From contig NZ_CP024091.1 in the NCBI RefSeq assembly GCF_002736205.1, positions 2,383,555 to 2,415,554 of the forward strand: DNA of 32,000 bases, in the 5' to 3' direction. The notes under the pieces were generated by a model. It saw nothing but the letters and a program-made list of their open reading frames with translations. It was not told the origin of the DNA and searched no databases. The DNA is from Pedobacter ginsengisoli. Lineage in GTDB: Bacteria; Bacteroidota; Bacteroidia; Sphingobacteriales; Sphingobacteriaceae. Position numbers and translations under genes: made by a program. How positions within the stretch are numbered: position 1 is the first letter of the stretch; every line of letters starts with the position of its first letter. Below are positions 26,549 through 32,000 of this stretch, in pieces.

Positions 26549-26564
26549 ACAATCTATAGATTGT
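26549..26564. promoter_or_regulatory. Perfect 16-bp palindrome upstream of the four-gene operon
   Basis: ACAATCTATAGATTGT is self-complementary. It lies 30-45 nt upstream of the preferred ATG (26519), within the 166-bp region shared with the divergent GNAT gene. Confidence 0.35.
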
Positions 26565-26685
26565 ATGCTTTTATAAATGTAAAACAAATACTTTAAAATA
26601 TCAATTTTTTATTTTTTAAAACAAAAGAATCATATTTATAATTCTTAAATTGTATAGAACATTTCTCAACTAATATTTTCTAATT

Positions 26686-26994
26686 ATGAATCCAGAATTT
26701 AACGATGTACCTCTGATAAAAAATTCAGAAAAAAACAGATTCGAACTTAAAACAGATGATTATGTGACTCTTATAGATTACAAGGAACGTAACAATAAGA
26801 TATGGTTAATCCATACGGAAGCACCCGAAGAACTTAAAGGCAGAGGGACGGCAACTGCTATAGTTGAGAAAACATTAGCCTACCTGGAGGACAACAATTA
26901 CAAGCTCATCCCTCTATGTCCATTTGTAGTAACATATTTAAAAAGACATACCGAATGGAACAGAATTTTAGATGAAAGCGTAACTCCTTTCTAA
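26686..26994 (+). CDS. Small GNAT-family N-acetyltransferase (YjdJ-like single-domain type)
   Basis: 102-aa protein with the pattern ...NRFEL...IDY......I.L.HTEAPEELKGRGTATAIVEKTLAYLEDNNYKLIPLCPFVVTYLKRH, typical of the ~100-aa GNAT-like family. Confidence 0.7.
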   Translation: MNPEFNDVPLIKNSEKNRFELKTDDYVTLIDYKERNNKIWLIHTEAPEELKGRGTATAIVEKTLAYLEDNNYKLIPLCPFVVTYLKRHTEWNRILDESVTPF

Positions 26995-26996
26995 TT

Positions 26997-29450
26997 CTAT
27001 TTTATAAAGTACCGCCCCCCTTTAACAGTATTAAAGCTAACCACGGTGCTTTTTTCGGCATTTAATGCCATCTTCTTACCTGCATTATTATAAACCGAAG
27101 TACCTGCAGGCAACTGAACATAGCATTCAGCACCGCTTACCGACAAGATTTCTGCTTTAGTTAGTTTACTATTATTCCAGCTAAAACTAACTTCAAAGCC
27201 ATTTCTTGTGCGCATTCCTTTTATGCTACCCTTACTCCAATCGGCACTGGTAGGCAAAGCAGGCAATAAACGTATTACGGAATGCTTACCGTTACTTTGC
27301 AATAGCATTTCGGCTATAGCTGCTGTACCACCAAAATTCCCATCAATTTGAAATGGCGGATGTGCACAAAACAGGTTGGCATAAGTACCGGCACCACTGG
27401 TCATCGAAATTTCACTTCCGGCAACAGCAGGTGTAAGCAGTGCTTTAAACACCTTCCAGGCATGATCTCCATCGCCCAATCTGGCCCAGAAATTCACTTT
27501 CCATGCTCTAGACCAACCAGTTCCACCATCACCTCTTCTTTCCAGGGTTTTTCTGGCAGCGTCCATCAACAAAGGCGTTTCTAACTGAGTAATTTCATCG
27601 TACGGATACAAGCCATATAAATGAGAAACATGACGGTGGGTTACTTCAGGATCTTCATAATCTCTTATCCACTCCTGTATACCGCCTGTTTTTTTACTAA
27701 TCTGATTTGGGGCTAAACGCGACTTTAGCTGTTGCAAACTATCGGCCCAACTTTTATCTACCCCTAATAAATTAGCCGCAGCAATGGTATTACTTAGCAT
27801 TTCCCGTCCAATCTGCATGTCCATTGTTGGCCCCATTGTGGTTTGCCCCACAAAGCCATCCTCAGTTTTATAAGAGTTTTCAGGAGAATTAGAAGGTGCA
27901 GTTACCAGCCATTTCGTTTTCGGATCTTCAATTAAAATATCAGTATAAAACTTTGTTGCCCCCTTTAATACCGGATAAATCTCGGCCAATGTCTTTTTGT
28001 TTGGGTTATATAAATAATGTTGCCACAAGTGCCCGCATAGCCATGCACCGCCAGAAAGCACCGAACCCCAGGATGCATGCTCACCAGGAGCAGTAAAACC
28101 CCATGGGTTTGCAATTACATGGGCAACCCATCCTGTACTGTTATAATAAGCCTTTGCTGTTTTCTGGCCTGGTGCCACCAAAAACTTGGTAAATTCAATT
28201 AACGGCTTATGTATATCTCCTAAATTGGTATTCTCTGCAAGCCAGTAATTCATCTGCACATTTATGTCCAGGTGATAATCGCCATTCCATGGCGTTTGGT
28301 ATTCTTCGGCCCAAATTCCTTGCAGGTTAGCAGGCAGGCCACCCGGACGAGAGCTCGATATCAATAGATATCTTCCAAAGTTGAAATAAAGTGCAGGCAA
28401 GGTTACATCACGTTCTCCTTTAGCAAAACGCACTAACCGTTCTTCTGTCGATAAAGCCGCAATGTCGGGATCTTCCGTTTCGCCAAGTTGAATTTTACAA
28501 CGATTATAATAGGCCTGAAAATCTTTACGTTGCTCCGTTTTTAATGCCAGCCACGAAAGCTTGCTTGCCGCATCAACATATTTTTTAGCAACTGGTAAAG
28601 GTGCTGCGCCGCGCTGCATTACATTTGGCCAGTTCATATCTGTTGCAGCGCTGATTACAATAAGGCATTCTGTAGCTCCATTAACTGTAAGCGCATTGCT
28701 TTTTGCAGTTATTTTACCTGTTGATGAAATGGCTTTTGCATAGGCTGCAAAAAGAATCCCCTTATCGCCATTACCACCTGGCAATTGCCCCGTCATGGTA
28801 AGCCCATTTCCCTGAGCAGAAAACGTTGCATTCTCTTTTCTGCTTAACGACAGATCAAAATTTAGCGCTTTTGCTTTGCTCGAGGTTAAACGAATAACAA
28901 TAGCTTGCTGAGGGGCACTAACAATTACCTCTTCTTTAAAACTTATACCTGCCCTATTCCATTCCGTAACTGAAATGGCTTTATCTATACTCAAAGTTCT
29001 TTTATAACCCGTTACCTTTGCGGTTGTATCTTTCCAGTTAATAAACATATCTGAAAGTATCTGGTAACATCCAAATTTCACATTTGCACCATTACCAAAA
29101 CCAGAACCTGCTCCGGCACTTGTAAAATATTTTTGCAGCAGCTCTTGTGCTTCTTTGTTTTTACCTTCTTTTAATAATTGCTGAATTACCGGCAAATGGG
29201 CAGCTGCATCATCCCTGTTAGGGTTTTCTACACCGCCAGACCACATCGAAATTTCGTTTAATACGATCCGCTCCTTGTTTGGATTACCAAATACCATTGC
29301 ACCTAATCTACCATTACCAACAGGACTGGATTGGGTAAAATGAGTTGCCGGCGAATTAAATTTCACTTCCTGATCTGTTTGAGCGAACAAAAACAAACCA
29401 CTTGAGGCAAAGCAAAAAAACGATAAACAGGTTTTTTGTAATAAATTCAT
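26997..29450 (-). CDS. Glycoside hydrolase family 95 (alpha-L-fucosidase/alpha-L-galactosidase type)
   Basis: Signal peptide. N-terminal domain [13 protein letters not shown]...[10 protein letters not shown]. Core motifs [34 protein letters not shown]...[12 protein letters not shown] and [23 protein letters not shown]. Confidence 0.85.
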   Translation of the reverse strand: MNLLQKTCLSFFCFASSGLFLFAQTDQEVKFNSPATHFTQSSPVGNGRLGAMVFGNPNKERIVLNEISMWSGGVENPNRDDAAAHLPVIQQLLKEGKNKEAQELLQKYFTSAGAGSGFGNGANVKFGCYQILSDMFINWKDTTAKVTGYKRTLSIDKAISVTEWNRAGISFKEEVIVSAPQQAIVIRLTSSKAKALNFDLSLSRKENATFSAQGNGLTMTGQLPGGNGDKGILFAAYAKAISSTGKITAKSNALTVNGATECLIVISAATDMNWPNVMQRGAAPLPVAKKYVDAASKLSWLALKTEQRKDFQAYYNRCKIQLGETEDPDIAALSTEERLVRFAKGERDVTLPALYFNFGRYLLISSSRPGGLPANLQGIWAEEYQTPWNGDYHLDINVQMNYWLAENTNLGDIHKPLIEFTKFLVAPGQKTAKAYYNSTGWVAHVIANPWGFTAPGEHASWGSVLSGGAWLCGHLWQHYLYNPNKKTLAEIYPVLKGATKFYTDILIEDPKTKWLVTAPSNSPENSYKTEDGFVGQTTMGPTMDMQIGREMLSNTIAAANLLGVDKSWADSLQQLKSRLAPNQISKKTGGIQEWIRDYEDPEVTHRHVSHLYGLYPYDEITQLETPLLMDAARKTLERRGDGGTGWSRAWKVNFWARLGDGDHAWKVFKALLTPAVAGSEISMTSGAGTYANLFCAHPPFQIDGNFGGTAAIAEMLLQSNGKHSVIRLLPALPTSADWSKGSIKGMRTRNGFEVSFSWNNSKLTKAEILSVSGAECYVQLPAGTSVYNNAGKKMALNAEKSTVVSFNTVKGGRYFIK

Positions 29451-29552
29451 CTTTGGTATTTATTTGGTACTCAAAGAAAAGATATTACAGGGCTTATAAA
29501 TTATCGATTATTGTCAAATCATTAAGCGAAATTAGCATACTCCGGAAAAAAG

Positions 29553-31841
29553 CTATTCATAACCATTTTTTATTACCATTACTGAACCCGGCTTTGCGGT
29601 CAATTCTAAAAACCCATTTCCATCAGATTTAATTTTAAACCCTGTATTTGAGGAAACAAAGTGTGTTTTAAATGGAAGTTTCAATTTGGTTGCCCCACCT
29701 TTTTCTGAAACTATCTTAACCTCATCTACCTGTCCGTCTGCTTTTTTTGCACTTACAAGAAAAGCCCCCTCAGTACGCAGATTTTTAAACGAAGCATCTT
29801 TCCATTCGGCCGGTATGGCAGGCATAATTTCAATAAAACCGGCATAACTTTGTAATAGCATCTCTTGCAATCCCGATGCGAAGGCAAAATTTCCTTCAAG
29901 TGTAAAAGGTCTGTATTGAAATTTTGATAATCCTGATTTTGTTTGGTCACCATTTAAATGGAAGCTGTTTACAGAGCAAAAGGCCTTTGCAAATATCTCC
30001 AGGTCCTTTGCGGCGCCCTCTCCATCCTTAGCCCGAGCTTTCATGTTTGCCAGCCACGAATAAGAATACCCACACCAGTAATCTGGCCCAACCTTGTCTA
30101 ATAACTGTATGGTATTTTTAATAATAGATTGTGCTTTTGCCCCATCCTCCCATTTTATTAGCCCTAAAGGATGAATTGCCATCATATGAGAGAAATGCCT
30201 GTGCGATTCTTTATAATCTAAAGTTGGTGCAAATTTGAGTTCATCATTATTTGTTATCGAAAAATCATCAAATTCGTTTAGCAGTTTGCTCCACTTAGCA
30301 GCCTCGGTTTTTAATCCAAGCTCTGTAGCCAGTTCTGCAGCAGCCTTAAAAGTAAATTTCATTAGAGCCAGATCGTAATTAGTATTTTCCAAAAACCAGG
30401 CACTAAGGTCATTGTCATTAATCTCCGGACTAGAGCTAATTTTCAGTTTTCTATGTCCGCTTGCATCATTAACTGTTATATTTTCAAGAAATAAAGCCGT
30501 TCCTTTAATCCATGGGTAAGCCTTATTTTTAAGAAAAGCCCTGTCCATGCTATAACGCCATTGAAGGTAATAATGCTGGGCCAGCCACGAAGAAACTGTT
30601 GGCGACAATGAATATTGTATCCATCCACCCATTTCTGTTCCGTCTAATGTAGTTACTCCCGGAACCGCAATCCCCTCTGCACCAAAGTAAAGTTTGGTAT
30701 ACCTTTTATAGTTTGCCTTATTTTGCTCCATATGATTAATGTATCCCATGGCTTCGGTAAGATGGTTCCCGCTGTAAGCAGGCCAGTAACTAAGCTGCGT
30801 ATTTAAATCATGATGGTAATCGCCTTTCCAGGGTGGTATCCTGCCGTTATCAGCAGTCCACACCGCCTGCAACGAAATTGGGGGCGCATCTGCCCTGGCT
30901 ACCGAACCAAATTTATATTGTTCCAAATACCACTGCTTTTCTATTAAAGTATCGGGCACATGAATTGCAGACTTGCTCCAAAAAACATTCCACCACTTGG
31001 TGTGGGCTGTAAAATCTTTATTAAAATCAGATAAAATGGCACTTTGAGTAACTACCGAAGCCTTTTTATTGATAGGTTTACCCGTATACTGCGAAGAGAT
31101 GCTCCAAACGCCCTCTACAGTTTTACTGTCAATTCTTTTCCACCTAACGTTAATATCATAAGTAAACCCGCCCCAGCCTTCCTGATGATAGGTAATACTA
31201 TTTTTTCCATCCTGCTTAATTGTTCCCTGTTTATATCCCAATCTCGACAAGTCATCGCCACCAACCGGATCGCCAGAAACTTTAACCTCGCCCTGATATC
31301 TTGGAGCTATCAAATGTGGTATAAAATCGCCACTTACATTTTCAAATCTGAACCAGCCAATTGGCTTTACAGCATCAACAAAGGTTTTAAGGGTAACTCC
31401 ATTAGCCCATTTAACTTCGCAAAGTGCATTGTTTACAGACAAATGAACATCTACGGCCTTGCCCCAATCTTTTGTTTCAAATTCGAGGGCCCCTGCGGGT
31501 ATTTTGGAAGGTGCAGGCTCATTATCATAAGGTGCATCAAAATAGTCTTGTACAGGCTTGTAATCCTTTTTATTTACCTGATCTATAACCCATTTATAGC
31601 TAAACTCTTTACGATGCAAACCTTTCATTGGGCGCATGTCCCAAATATCTACCCTATCTAAAGAAAACCTTAATCGTTCTCCCTTTTGCCAAATTAAAGC
31701 ACCTAAAGTTGCATTGCCTAAGGGAACAGCTTCGTCCCATTGGGATGCCAGCTTATTGAAGCGCAAATCATGTTGTGCAGATTGTCCGGTTGCTGTAATT
31801 GATGCAAATGTAAAAAGCAGTAATGCAATTGTTTTATTCAT
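29553..31841 (-). CDS. Divergent GH95-like glycoside hydrolase
   Basis: Signal peptide. N-terminal PLGNATLGALIWQ...LDRVDIWD. Core motifs LQAVWTADNGRIPPWKGDYHHDLNTQLSYWP, HRHFSHMMAIHPLG and RPFTLEGNFAFASGLQEMLLQS. It has the same scaffold as its neighbour but is clearly diverged at the conserved motifs. Confidence 0.7.
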   Translation of the reverse strand: MNKTIALLLFTFASITATGQSAQHDLRFNKLASQWDEAVPLGNATLGALIWQKGERLRFSLDRVDIWDMRPMKGLHRKEFSYKWVIDQVNKKDYKPVQDYFDAPYDNEPAPSKIPAGALEFETKDWGKAVDVHLSVNNALCEVKWANGVTLKTFVDAVKPIGWFRFENVSGDFIPHLIAPRYQGEVKVSGDPVGGDDLSRLGYKQGTIKQDGKNSITYHQEGWGGFTYDINVRWKRIDSKTVEGVWSISSQYTGKPINKKASVVTQSAILSDFNKDFTAHTKWWNVFWSKSAIHVPDTLIEKQWYLEQYKFGSVARADAPPISLQAVWTADNGRIPPWKGDYHHDLNTQLSYWPAYSGNHLTEAMGYINHMEQNKANYKRYTKLYFGAEGIAVPGVTTLDGTEMGGWIQYSLSPTVSSWLAQHYYLQWRYSMDRAFLKNKAYPWIKGTALFLENITVNDASGHRKLKISSSPEINDNDLSAWFLENTNYDLALMKFTFKAAAELATELGLKTEAAKWSKLLNEFDDFSITNNDELKFAPTLDYKESHRHFSHMMAIHPLGLIKWEDGAKAQSIIKNTIQLLDKVGPDYWCGYSYSWLANMKARAKDGEGAAKDLEIFAKAFCSVNSFHLNGDQTKSGLSKFQYRPFTLEGNFAFASGLQEMLLQSYAGFIEIMPAIPAEWKDASFKNLRTEGAFLVSAKKADGQVDEVKIVSEKGGATKLKLPFKTHFVSSNTGFKIKSDGNGFLELTAKPGSVMVIKNGYE

Positions 31842-31850
31842 AAGATTTCC

Positions 31851-31873
31851 TAACCTACTTTAAAAGTAGGTTA
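31851..31873. repeat. Perfect 23-nt palindrome (11-bp arms) in a 34-nt intercistronic gap
   Basis: In TAACCTACTTTAAAAGTAGGTTA every position i pairs with position 24-i. It lies between the stop of the truncated upstream gene (31876-31878) and the ATG of the GH95-like gene (31841). Confidence 0.6.
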
Positions 31874-31875
31874 TT

Positions 31876-32000
31876 TTATGATAAGTTTTGCATATCTTCT
31901 TCAACTTCATCTTCATCCCTAGTATCTATAAATTCAGTAGCGTGCTTAGCACGCATAATTGGTAATGCAGGCAGTATACCACCCAATCCAATACCAAAAC
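31876..32000 (-). CDS. 3' end of an unidentified gene (C-terminal hydrophobic segment + acidic tail), truncated by the window edge
   Basis: The minus-strand frame is open from the window edge to TAA (31876-31878) and reads ...FGIGLGGILPALPIMRAKHATEFIDTRDEDEVEEDMQNLS*. It is too short for the ORF track, and its identity cannot be determined from 40 aa. Confidence 0.35.
   Translation of the reverse strand, partial: FGIGLGGILPALPIMRAKHATEFIDTRDEDEVEEDMQNLS

Noticed and set aside
26520-26552. N-terminal extensions offered by the ORF track: 26552 (actually a TTG codon), 3742-3828, 3792-3932, 15247-15288 and 15438-15467.
   Set aside because: In each case an internal ATG gives a clean signal peptide, lipobox or HTH start, while the extension runs into the promoter or operator region. 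The shorter models are preferred, but the starts remain unverified.
31044-31661. A 205-aa plus-strand ORF, together with other long antisense ORFs in the track: 15425-15805, 17446-17763, 17777-18079, 2872-3183, 3090-3320, 3407-3658, 127-375, 4194-4436, 9024-9284, 13082-13270 and others.
   Set aside because: Each lies fully inside, and antisense to, a much longer ORF with clear family motifs. Their translations are low-complexity, rich in Ile/Phe/Ser/Leu/Cys and lack recognisable motifs, as expected for shadow ORFs in AT-rich DNA.
4842-31841. The idea that the glycoside hydrolases (GH78-like, GH105, two GH95-type) form a polysaccharide utilisation locus.
   Set aside because: No SusC-like TonB-dependent transporter or SusD-like gene is present in the window. 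The hydrolases are also scattered among unrelated genes on both strands. Only a loose plant-cell-wall/pectin theme is supportable, not a PUL call.
1-32000. Mobile elements, prophage, CRISPR arrays, tRNA/rRNA genes, toxin-antitoxin or known defence systems.
   Set aside because: I saw no transposase, integrase, recombinase, Cas, restriction, nuclease or ATPase-type ORFs. I also saw no direct-repeat/spacer arrays, no tRNA-like cloverleaf candidates in the short intergenic regions, and no terminal inverted repeats flanking any block.

Overview
Gene-dense (about 94% coding) chromosomal segment that looks like a Bacteroidota genome, probably Sphingobacteriia- or Chitinophagia-like. This taxon call is an inference from the protein families, A/T-rich leaders without Shine-Dalgarno motifs, and TAnnTTTG-type boxes. 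I call 24 complete CDS plus one CDS truncated at the right edge. I recognised no rRNA, tRNA, CRISPR array, IS/transposase, integrase or known defence gene.

Content from left to right:
- EamA permease.
- A PVC-type dehydrogenase/HEAT/cytochrome c fusion, divergent from an AraC regulator.
- A GH78-like six-hairpin hydrolase.
- metNIQ methionine importer.
- A CPYC flavoprotein.
- An outer-membrane beta-barrel gene, divergent from a signal-peptide-bearing DUF62 SAM hydrolase.
- A TetR / 74-aa protein / MFS operon with palindromic operator candidates.
- A DUF4142 lipoprotein.
- A GH105/GH88-type hydrolase.
- A Tat-exported flavin amine oxidase with a secreted partner.
- A tightly packed four-gene exported operon: PSCyt1-DUF1549-DUF1553, DUF1501, a PAL-like NHL propeller, and a 5-TM cytochrome c-LRR-discoidin protein.
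- A small GNAT.
- Two divergent tandem GH95-type hydrolases.

The best candidate for an undescribed system is the four-gene haem/metalloenzyme operon at 19547-26519. The second is a possible periplasmic SAM-to-methionine salvage neighbourhood at 7402-13139.

All functional calls rest on motif and architecture recognition by eye. No database search was run.
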